In this document: positions 53,362-64,000 of the stretch, one piece after another
Numbering within the stretch: position 1 is the stretch's first letter
Layout of the letters: every line of letters starts with the position of its first letter
DNA from: Octopus sinensis
Lineage: Eukaryota
Length of the DNA stretch: 64,000 bases
Direction of reading: 5' to 3'
Assembly (NCBI RefSeq): GCF_006345805.1
Contig: NC_043000.1
Coordinates: 130,944,001 to 131,008,000 of the forward strand
Position numbers and translations under genes: made by a program
Notes under the pieces: model-generated
What the model was told of the DNA's origin: nothing
The model's database searches: none
What the model saw: the letters and a program-made list of their open reading frames with translations, nothing else

Positions 53362-53985
53362 GTTTGTTCCTTCTCGAGCCATGCCTGACTCATAAGGCTC
53401 GGTTTCCCGGTTTCCTTGGCGTATATGTTCCCACCTGAACGGGACGCCGGTCCGTCACAGGTGAGCTGCAAGATGCAGGAGGAAAGAGTGAGAGAAAGTT
53501 GTGGCGAAAGAGTCAGCAGAAGTTCGCCATTATCTTCTGCCGGAGCCGCGTGGAGCTTAGATATTTCACTCATAAACACACGCATCGCCCGGTCTGGGAT
53601 TCGAACCCGCGAGTCCACTGCTCTTAAAGACTCCGCCGGTTACGACGACGAGGGTCCCAGCTGATACGATCAACGGAACAGCTTGCTCGTGAAATTAACG
53701 TGCAAATGGCTGAGCATTCCACAGACACGTGTACCCTTAACGTAGTTCTCGGGGAAAATCAGCGTGACACAGAGAGTGACAAGGCTGACCCTTTGAAATA
53801 CAAGTACAACTCATTTTTGCCAGCTGAGTGGACTGGAGCAACGTGAAATAAAGTGTCTTGCTCAAGGACACAACGCGTCGCCGGGAATCGAACTCACAAC
53901 CTTACGATCATGAGCCGAATGCCCTAACCACTAAGCCACGCGCCCTCACACCCACTGCTCTAACCACTAGGCCATGTGCCTTCAC
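53362..53985 (-). mobile_element. H1-like SINE with tail T2, interrupted by a nested SINE
   Basis: Outer TSD ATACTAGCAACAT at 53349-53361 and 53986-53998. Confidence 0.9.
53625..53951 (-). mobile_element. Nested SINE, head H2 with tail T1
   Basis: Inner TSD CCACTGCTCT at 53615-53624 and 53952-53961. Confidence 0.9.
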
Positions 53986-54029
53986 ATACTAGCAACATAT
54001 CATTCTAATATTTTGTCGAGCATGGTATA

Positions 54030-54900
54030 TAACTATCTAGCTTCAACGAGCGAAGGCCCTTATTGTTATAGAACTACCGAGTCATGAGAGAGTCCATTAG
54101 GCAGACGTTGAAATACCACACTGTCTGAGATAAGTTTTACTGAAGCCTTGTGAAAAGTCAATGCAGGTCAGAGCTGAAGCATTTCTCTCGTTATACAGAT
54201 GGAATGCAGTTTTTACTGTATTATATACGTGTAAAGCTATGAAAGTTTACCAGAGCTGTGAAGCCTTGCATCTATAGAGACTTTGCCAGTATCAGATGCG
54301 TGCTGACATCTATCAAACGCAGCGATGTCGTTTCTTTGATATAAGCAGTGATTGTAATTCTGTGCAGTTAAAAAAAAATTAGATTGTCATGTTTTCATGA
54401 GATTAGCTTCAACGTCTTGGTTCATGGCAGCAGTATAGGTTTGACTTAAATTGTCTATGTTTGATGTAGAATCTGTGTGCAAAAAGCTAGGTCGTACAGG
54501 AAGAAGGGCAAAATTGACATAGGTCTCTGTATGACCTACACTTCATCATTTCTGGTATGATAAATAAAACTGTACAACACCAGAGATGATGTAGAGTGGG
54601 TGAGTTAGAGACCCAACTGCACACGCTGCAACGAAGTGACCTTGGTAGGAAGCTTTCGACCGAAAACCGTGACGCAGATGAGGCTATTATGTAAACAATT
54701 TATTTAGGAGGTTCTTGTGAGAGACACATCGAATTATTTGCTAGAGAATGATGTTACTTTCGCCGAACTTTTCACGAGCAAGTGACCGCTGGTGAGTGAC
54801 ATAGGAGAGAAATCCTTGGTAAACCTTGCTATACTGATGTCATTGAATAAAGAGAATATCATTCATCATTAGAGAACGTTATTATTCACCACTGTTCCCA
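54030..54900 (-). pseudogene. Highly decayed CR1/L2-like LINE relic (probably continuing at 55810-56400)
   Basis: Minus-strand remnants such as FNCTELQSLLISKKR; many stops. Confidence 0.4.
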
Positions 54901-54944
54901 TTTCCTTTGACATAGTAAAAGTGAAAGTAAAATGTCATTAGGTC

Positions 54945-55115
54945 GCAAGGCGGCGAACAGGCAGAATGGTTAGCAGTTTCGTTCGCCTTTACGTTCTGAG
55001 CTCAAATTCCCCCGAGGCCGACTTTGCCTTTCATCGCTGTTGAGCCCTAGGGTCGATATAATCGGCTATTCCCCTCCCCCTCGCCCGAACTTGCTGACCC
55101 TGTGCCAGAATTTGA
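54945..55115 (+). mobile_element. Degenerate family M SINE
   Basis: GGCGGCGAACAGGCAGAA..CAAATTCCCCCGAGGCCGACTTTGCCTTTCATC. Confidence 0.7.
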
Positions 55116-55538
55116 AATCAACATGTCAATAATTTGCAGGATGAAGACCTGCGTAGAGAGAGAACGACTCGCGGTTTGGAAAAGATAACGTCTGTTAGAG
55201 GAGAGAAACACTTGAGAGTAAGGAGAAGGACAATCTAAAGGTCAGTGGCCTTTAAAATGACCACAGTGTTTTTGCACTTACCGTGTATGTTATTACTGAT
55301 AGTGTTGTAACACCTAATATAATACTGAAACCTAAACAAGGTTTGTTATTCAAAGCGGTTTGACCATCCTGTTTTTATTTTCAAGCAGTACATGTGGAAC
55401 TACATTATCCGTTGTGCCTTTTCTCTTTCTATGCCGTCTAGATTCATTTGACATCTATTTGGTTGCTATTTGTAGCTGGTCTAGTAACCGGATACTGACT
55501 CTGTGATTGGCTCCTGAAGTGCACGTTCTGGTGAGATT

Positions 55539-55799
55539 AATAAATAATAAATGCGCCCTTTTAAAGCCTAGCCAGGCTCATGGGCCCGGTTTCTCGGTTT
55601 CAATGGCGTATGTGTTCCCCAGCTGGACGGGACGCCAGTCCATCGCAGCGTTACTCATTTTTGCCAGCTGAGTGGAATGGAGCAAAGTGAAATGAAGTGT
55701 TTTGCTCAAGAGCACAACGCGTCGCCCGGTCCAGGAATGGAAACCACAATCCTTCGATCATGATGCTGACACCCTAACCACTAAGCCATGTGCCTCCAC
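55539..55799 (-). mobile_element. SINE, head H2 with tail T2
   Basis: TSD TTCTGGTGAGATT at 55526-55538 and 55800-55812. Confidence 0.9.
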
Positions 55800-56956
55800 T
55801 TCTGGTGAGATTGGCGAAAGAGAAAATAATAAGATTATTTAGAAGAGCTTTGAAGCGTTGGAAGCATAGCTAGTAATAAATGTGCAAGTTTTCGCGGCAG
55901 AAGTTCTAATTACAGAATCATCTTGGGTGAGAGTTAGTGGATAGGAAGATTCCGTACAGATGACAAAGATTCTGTTGGTAAATATACTGAAATACTAGTA
56001 GCAATCTAGAAGGTTTTGCAGACAGTGCAACACACAAAAACATATTTGCTTATCGGGTGATTGCTGTGCAAGATTTAGAGCAGCAGGTAATAGCCACACA
56101 ATTCAGAAAGGTGGATGTCTTTTTTACCAGTTAATTATATGTTCTTTGTTTATGATATGTGTTCTTTCTTAACAGAAGCAGCATCTGAAATACTTGGAAA
56201 TTAAGGAGTTACAGGCTTTGATTGTTTGAAGGATGTGAAGGGACATATCTAAGAGTATGGCTTCCGTTGCCAGCTCAGTTATGACCACGCCGGTTAGTAC
56301 GCTATTGGATGCCCTTCTATAAAGAATGACTGTACAATCTGATTGACGCATACGGTGGATCAGTGATGTTTGTTAAAATCACACGTAAATATTCTTACTT
56401 TACGTCACTATTTTTCCTACTGTCAAAAGGTTACATAATTTTAAGAGAATTCATCTCATGAGTGTTAAGTTACGAAAATAAATTAATATTATAACATTTC
56501 TAAGTAGTATTACAATTTACACAACCTTGACTGTTGATTATTGATAACTTTCATTTATCAATAGCATTGTTATTTCTAGACATAATTCAGCATAGTAAAG
56601 GCTATTTGCCAACATAATGTGGCTGTCCTGGAAGGGACAAATGTTACTGTTGTGTAGTCCCAAGAAACATTGTTTCCAGCTGGCTATACGACACAATGTC
56701 TGTATCCTTATAGTTTTGAACAGGGAGTCCTGTACAAAAATATAAGGACACAGATATAAGGACAACCACATTATGTTGGAAAATAGCATTTACTTTAAAG
56801 AACGGTTACTGAATATCTCTCTTTGAGAAATTTAGAAATAATAATGTTTCTAGAATTCAGTATGTATAAATACATATTTTAAAACTTAAACCAGTAAAGA
56901 TTATTGCTCCTCAGTTATAATAGTTAAAATTTCTATTTCGTACAAGCAACATTAGC

Positions 56957-57605
56957 CCCATTAAGTCCCACTGTCCTATAAATAGGCCACTATATCACAT
57001 TGTCTCAGTGTCCTATTTATAGGACACTGAGTATTTCCATTTACACTTGAAGTAAAGGAGTTTTAATAATTATTTTTTTGGATCTTTACCCTTTGAACGG
57101 CAGATCGAGAAATTAATTTTTTTAACTAAACACTTTCAGACTTTAGACACTGGTAGAATGTGTCATATAAAACATCTTTTACTCTTAGTTGAGAAAAGTT
57201 TGTATTTTCAAAGTTATTTCGTGTTAAAGTAGTCGTATTTCGGTAATTTCAACCAATCAATGACGTGTCTTCAGCTGAATAAAATTACTGCGGTTGTTTA
57301 TCCACAAAAACTTCCGGCGGTGTTTATTTCGTTTGTCACTGAAATTACCGAAATACGACTACTTTAACACGAAATAACTTTGAAAATATAAACTTTTCTC
57401 AACAACACTAAGAGTAAAAGATGTTTTATATGACACATTCTACCAGTGTCTGAAGTCTGAAAGTGTTTAGTTACAAAACATTAATTTCTCGATCTGCCGT
57501 TCAAAGGGAAAAGATCCTTTTTTTTATTTATTTTAATCTCTTTCAATCATCTGTAAACATTTAAAGGTAATATTCAGAAATTTAAGTACTCTGGGACTTA
57601 ATGGG
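56957..57605. mobile_element. piggyBac-like MITE (14 bp TIR CCCATTAAGTCCCA)
   Basis: Perfect TIR at 56957-56970 and 57592-57605; TTAA-like flanks (TTAGC and TTAC). Confidence 0.55.
57080..57517. mobile_element. Foldback MITE (about 172 bp arms, 88 bp spacer) nested in the previous element
   Basis: 57080-57251 is the reverse complement of 57340-57517; termini GGATCTTT..AAAGATCC; T-rich flanks. Confidence 0.88.
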
Positions 57606-58054
57606 TTACGGTCAGAACAACATAATGTAAACCAAGAAGAATAATCATTTCTACAAAACTGACGCGGAATACTAAATAAACATTACGGTGGATATATTTT
57701 ATCATAATCTAAAAATATTCTTACATCGTAACTAACAGTTTTGCTACTCCGATTTTCTCACAATGAAGTAAATTTACAGACAAGATTTTTGGGTTTTTTT
57801 TTTTTTTAATCTATATATTTAGGATATGAGACTTGGAGTGAATGTGGGGGGGCGTAATAACAATTGTTGTTTGTGGTAGCAGAATTAAACAAAGCATTTC
57901 AGAGAAACAATGACGCGAGAATAACATTTAGCCGTCAACATTTGTGCAGTCACGCACTTGTAAACAAATGAACAAATGAACCAACCAACTAATATCGATG
58001 TGTTGACATGAATAGCGTAATGCAAATATGAGAAGGAATATAAAACTCGATAAA

Positions 58055-58296
58055 TAATAACAACAATAATAATGATAATGATAATAATGATAATAATATG
58101 ATAATAATAATAATAATAATATAATATAATAATAATAGGATGATGATGATGAAATAATAATAATAATAATATAATAATATAATAATAATAATAATAATGA
58201 TGATGATGATGATGTGATATAATAATAATAATAATAATAATATAATAATAATATAATGATAATATAATAATAATAATAATAATAATAATGATGATA

Positions 58297-58327
<31 letters not shown>

Positions 58328-58739
58328 GGAGGAGGAGGAGGAGGAGGAGGAGGAAGAGGAGATTATAATAATAATAATAATAATAATAATTAATAATAAT
58401 AATAATAATAATTAATAATAATATAATAATAATAATAATTAATAATAATATAATAATAATAATTAATAATATATAATAATAATAATATAATAATAATAAT
58501 AATAATTAATAAATAATAATAATAATATAATAATAATATAATTAATATAAAATAATAATAATAATAATAATGATAATAATAATAATATTAATAATAATAA
58601 TAAATAATAATAATAATATAATGATAATGAGGAGGAGGAGGAGGAAGAGGAAGAGGAATTATAATAATATAATAATAATAATAATTAATAAATATAATAA
58701 TAATAATAATAATAATTAATAATAATATAATAATAATAT

Positions 58740-58776
<37 letters not shown>

Positions 58777-58861
58777 TAATAATAATATAATAATAATAAT
58801 AATAATTATAATATAATATAATAATAATAATATAATAATAATAATATATAATAATAATAAT
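58055..58861. repeat. (TAA)n array of about 800 bp with (GAG)n interruptions
   Basis: Read directly from the sequence. Confidence 0.97.
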
Positions 58862-61785
58862 AAACAAATAACAACACCTATTATAAACAGCATAAACCTA
58901 GCCGTCACTGAACTGATAGCCACTGAATCAAAAAAAGTGATATCACTGAGCTAAATAACCTAATATACGCAGCAGCCACTGCAGCCACAAAAGAAGCTGG
59001 ATACTCACCCAAACCCGCCCAAACAGGAGTACCACCACCCAACAAACTGTGATAAATAACATCCAAAGCAAAATAAAAAAAATTAGAAAAGACCTGTCGA
59101 TTCTTAATGAAATCAGCAAAGAATCAACGCTACTGAGCAACAAAAAGAGAACAAAAATACTCCGCAAATATACATGACAGAGAAAGATTTGCCTGAAATA
59201 AAAGAAAAGCTGAAGCAAGATATCCTTGCCAAAGCACAAGGATCCGCCGGTACAAGAAACGCCAACGCTTCTTTGAAGAAAACAAAAAGTTCAGCTCCAA
59301 CCCCAAAAGTTCTACCAAGAACTGGGCAAAAATAAAATAGAAGTCACTGCAGCACCAACGGCAGAAGAATTGGAAGAATTCTGGAGAGAGATATGGTCGG
59401 CGAACGAACCACCAAAAAAAAGGAGTATCAAAATTACAAACTCGGCATCTGAACAACTTTGGACCCCCATAACAACTGAAGAGGTCACCCAGGCACTGCA
59501 AAGACTAAGCAACTGGAAGGCACCTGGGCATGACAAGATCCCCAACTTCTGGTTGAAATATCTAACAGGAATGCACAAAAAGCTGGCTGAAAACTTTAAC
59601 AACGTACTAGCAGAGCCAGAGACAATGCCTGAATGGCTCACGAAGGGGAAAACCATCTTAATTCCCAAATCAAATGAAACAGAAAAACCAGAAAACTACA
59701 GACCAATAACCTGCCTCCCTACTATGTTCAAGGCATTTACTGCAGTGATATCACAAAGGCTGAACAAGCACCTGGACGAAAACAAACTGTTCCCAGAAGA
59801 GCAGAAAGGATGCCGCAAAGGCTCATATGGCTGTAAAGATCAACTAATGATTAATAAAGCCATAACTGAAGACAGCCACAGAAAGAAGAAAGGCCTCAGT
59901 ATGGCCTGGATTGACTACAAAAAGGCGTTTGATAGCCCCCCCACACATGGATCCTCGAAACACTAGCCATTAACAAAGTAGCACCAACAATCATAAAATT
60001 CATAGAGCACTCTATGAATAAATGGCAAACAGTCCTACACCTCCAAACAAAAGAGGGACTCATGAAAACCAAAGACATCCCCATTAGAAGAGGAATATTC
60101 CAGGGAGACACGCTCTCTCCACTCCCTTTTCTGCTTGCTTTGGCACTGTCACCTCTATCTGATATGCTAAATAGAACTGGATGCGGATATAAATGTTACG
60201 GCAAAACGATCAGCCACCTTTTATATATGGATGACCTAAAACTATACGCTGCAAATGACGAACAGCTGGAAACACTATTAAAGACAGTTCATGGATTTAC
60301 CAAAGAAATAGATATGAATTTGGATTAGAAAAATGCGCCAAAGTAACCATGAAAAGAGGAAAACTAGTTAAGAGTAACAACATCACACTAGATAAAACCA
60401 ATGAAATAAAAGAATTAGACCAAAGCCAAACTTACAAATACTTAGGAATCCATGAACTAGATAAGACACAACACACACAAATGAAAGAGAAAATAAAAAA
60501 AGAATATTATAGACGAGTTAGATCAATACTAAACACAGAGCTCAATGCTAAAAACAAGATAATAGGTATCAAGACTTTAGCTGTCCTAGTTATAAGTTAC
60601 AGCTACAATATCCTTAACTGGACACGAAATGAACTGGCCAAAATAGATAGGAAAACAAGAAAAATAATGACAGGATCTAGGATGCATCACCCAAAATCTG
60701 ACATAGAAAGACTATATATACAACGTATAGAAGGTAGTAGAGGCCTTATACAGCTGGAAAACTACTATAAAATAACCACCATAGGACTGCAAAAATATCT
60801 ACTTCAGAAGGAAGGAAAACTGATCCAGATAGCGGCAAAACACGAGCAAAACAAAAAACTGTTCTCAGTATTTAAGGAAGCTGACAAATACAAACAAGAA
60901 ATCATACCACCTAATAAACATGAAGAAGAAGAAGAAGAAGATGAAGAAACAACAAAAGCTATAAAACAAATGAAATCCAAACTAAAAACAGAACAGCAAC
61001 GAACCATGATAAAACGATGGCAAGAAAAGCCCCTTCATGGTAAATACTGCACTAAACTAAACGCAAAAGAAATAGATAAAGAAAAATCCCAGCAATGGTT
61101 GAGAAGCTCAGGACTCAAAGCAGAAACAGAGGGATTTTTAATTGCAGCACAAGACCAAAGCCTCCCCACCAGAAATTACCAAAAACATGTAATGAAAAGA
61201 AATATTACAAGTAACTGCAGAATATGTGGAGATGGACAAGAAACAATAAATCATATTATCTCTAGCTGCCCAGTCCTGGCTAAGAAGGAATATATTCACA
61301 GACATGACAGAGTTGGAACCTACATACATTGGAAGCTATGCCAACATTATGGAATAACAACAGAAAAAAGATGGTATAGGCACACACCAGAAAAGGTCAC
61401 AGAAAACGAGAAAGCAACCATACTCTGGGATATGCCGATACACACAGATAGAGAAATTAAGGCCAACAGACCAGATATAGTTGTCAGAGATCATGAAGAA
61501 AAAAAATGCTTTTTAATTGATGTATCAATACCGGCAGATGACAACGTGTCTCTAAAAGAAATGGAGAAACTCTCAAAATACAAAGACCTGGAAATAGAGG
61601 TAACTAGAATGTGGAATCTGAAAACAGAAACAATTCCTATCATAGTAGGTGCATTAGGCATGATAAAAAAATATTCAGACAAATACATAACAAAAACACC
61701 AGGACTTACAAACACATATAACATACAGAAAATTGCACTACTAGGCACTGCCCACATCCTACGCAGAACACTTTCCATACAATAA
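58862..61785 (+). pseudogene. Reverse transcriptase / restriction-like endonuclease ORF broken by a few frameshifts
   Basis: WKAPGHD, NYRPITCL, EEQKGC, WIDYKKAFDS, RGIFQGDTLSP, YMDDLKL, YKYLG, CRICGDGQETINHIISSC and RPDIVVRD..IDVSIP..EKLSKYKDL; the last 478 aa (60349-61785) are uninterrupted. Confidence 0.93.
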
Positions 61786-61888
61786 CCATCAGAGCATCAC
61801 AACAAATCACAGCACATACCCAAGGCACACAGAGCTGCGCTCGGTAGTGAAGTGAAAGCACGCTATAAAAATAAAAATAAAACTACTG
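58862..61888 (+). mobile_element. R4/Dong-type non-LTR retrotransposon, 5'-truncated, in TAA repeats
   Basis: RT, CCHC and RLE domains; 103 bp 3' UTR; (TAA)n on both sides. Confidence 0.93.
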
Positions 61889-61957
61889 AATAATAATAAT
61901 AATAATAATAATAATGATAATAATAATAATAATGATAATAATAATAATAATGATAAT

Positions 61958-62011
<54 letters not shown>

Positions 62012-62071
62012 TACAATAATAATAATATTAATAATAATAATAATAACAATTATAATAATAATAATAATAAA

Positions 62072-62487
62072 TGCCTTGATGCAGTACCGGGCAGTGGCTC
62101 TCATGGTTTTTGATCTTAATTGATTGTTTTGTCTTGGTATAAAAGATGGGCTACAGCAAATATTCTGCTCAATACCACAGATTTCTTTAGGGTTTGAATA
62201 ATTCGCCTCTGGAAACATGGGTGTTTCGTTCATCATCCTTAAAACAACCCTTTTTCGAGGACCTTTTGAGTGGGATGGGCTACTCGACCTGAAGAAAATT
62301 CTAACTGGGGTCCACCTGCAAGATCATGTGCTGTTTATCTTGATATGAGATCACCATGTGACGCACATATGGTTGTGATGCATGTGCCTGGTGTACCTTT
62401 ATCAGACAGGTAGTCATGATGGGTATATTAGGCTTCGTATATTTGTATCCTAGTGTCACTTCGATGGCATGCGCTGCTCTCTCACTC
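62072..62487. mobile_element. Non-coding module of about 416 bp flanked by (TAA)n on both sides
   Basis: Complex sequence island between TAA tracts at 61889-62071 and 62488-62520; no tRNA head or ORF recognised. Confidence 0.45.
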
Positions 62488-62520
<33 letters not shown>

Positions 62521-62879
62521 CTATTGCTAAATTTATATTCCATAGAAGTCTACATTCTGTTACCGCGTGCATATAAATTATACAGTTCTTATAAACTTCA
62601 GACTGATCACTTCGTCCTATAAAAGATGCCAAATAGTACACATAAAAGCGATATCATTCGACCCATAGTGAATTTTAAAATGCATACTTGTAATTTCTAA
62701 GTATAAGGAAAAGATGAAAGATGGAACATAAAAAGTATGGATATTAGTAAAAAATTAAGCTGATAACATGTTAAGAATTATAACAATTTAAATAATGGGG
62801 TGGACCTTCCTCATCGGGCCTTACAAATAAAACAGCAAATGCATAAATGATGATGAAAGGAATATATTTCTGTGCTAAA

Positions 62880-64000
62880 TGTATATTTTTCAGGGATTCA
62901 TTAATTTCCCAAAACGAAGCCATGGGAATATTCTCGATTAAAAACTAGAAGGAAAATTGCCCAGGTTTAAACGTAACGTAAGCACTAGACGGGCTAACAT
63001 GAGAATAAAGATTTTAAAAAAACGAAACGTATCAAGATTCGAAATAGAAGGCTGAAAAGAAAGAAAACATAACACAAATACAAGCAACAAACACTAAACA
63101 AGCAATGTATTTTTAAAGCATGCGAAACTTAAATCACAAAGATGGACATAACAAGCGCAAAACAGATAAATTAAACATAATACCACCCAAACCCTTGGAG
63201 AGATAGAGAATTCTGATAAACTAAACCCAAATTTGAGCAACACAAAGAAAAATATTAGTAAAAAGAAATATGTGGAAGATTTTAAGAATAGAAATTTCTA
63301 AATATGGAAACCATGAACATAAAAATGTAAATGTGAAAATAATTTCTCAAAATTAAAAGGAATAGATTTCTCTAAGGACCAACGGAGGTATCTTCCAAAG
63401 ATAAAATTTAATAGCAAAATGGCAACAACAATAAAACCTGGCCATTACAGATCTAATAAAACAGACCCGAATATCAATATCACCAGGTTAAAAAAATAAT
63501 ACCTGCTGTTTGCAAGTAATTTGGCTGTGCCATCAGATTCATTCATAATGGAATATCAAAACTCAAGCAAGCAACACGGAAAAGAGACATTAAGAAAACG
63601 ACAGAAGATAAAGGAAAAGATCTCTTAATCCTTAATAGAAATCAATATCATACAATACAACAGAAAAAGGCTAAGACAAACACTACAGAGGTATAATATA
63701 ACAAAGAAAGTATCCAAGTTTTAAAAAGTGTATGAAACTAGTGATCCTGGCTAAATAGTAAAGAATCTGTCAGCATGAAAAGTTTGAACAAAAGAAGCAA
63801 TTCCACACCAACACAAAATGGATTCATCTAGAAGTATGTATAAATAGAATAGAAATGAATTCAAAACATCAACAAGATAAGTAGAATACTTTGAAAAAGC
63901 GTGGGTCGCGAATAAATCACTATCAAGGAATTTTTCAAAACAACGGACCCAGAATCTATGCAGCTGTGAGAGGCCACAAAAAAAAACACAGAGGTCGAGT
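62880..64000 (+). pseudogene. Decayed R4/Dong-type LINE N-terminal region running off the window
   Basis: ANMRIKILKKRNVSRFEIE, RYLPKIKFN and KLVILAK..RICQHEKFEQKKQFHTNTK; the last aligns with the KQDILAKAQ..KRQRFFEENKKF region at about 59210-59300. Confidence 0.55.

Overview
Repeat-dense, AT-rich animal genomic DNA with no recognisable host protein-coding exon. The SINE, LINE and microsatellite content suggests a cephalopod, probably Octopus-like, intergenic or intronic region; this is inferred from repeat style and was not confirmed by a search. Coordinates were read by eye, so element ends are approximate. Main contents: (1) many tRNA-derived SINEs of at least four head/body types, several with intact target-site duplications (TSDs), some nested, trimeric or chimeric; (2) a decayed DD34D mariner (434-2033) and a decayed Tc1/mariner, DD37D-like relic (about 20150-21100); (3) a 5'-truncated but nearly intact R4/Dong-type non-LTR retrotransposon (RT, CCHC and restriction-like endonuclease; 58862-61888) embedded in (TAA)n arrays, plus older relics of this and of RTE and CR1/L2-type LINEs; (4) a 5.32 kb tandem duplication (30910-41550) whose junction is a chimeric SINE; (5) several foldback/MITE elements. 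The most interesting signal is a set of nine type-I hammerhead-ribozyme-like motifs: four with canonical CUGANGA/GAAA/NUH cores, four with one core change and one with two. They lie in short non-coding elements beside TA-rich microsatellites, often with Penelope-style inverted or partial-tandem arms, and three unrelated bodies share a TGCTATTTC box 100-140 nt downstream of the cleavage site. Nearly all ORF-track entries outside the transposon relics are microsatellite artefacts.
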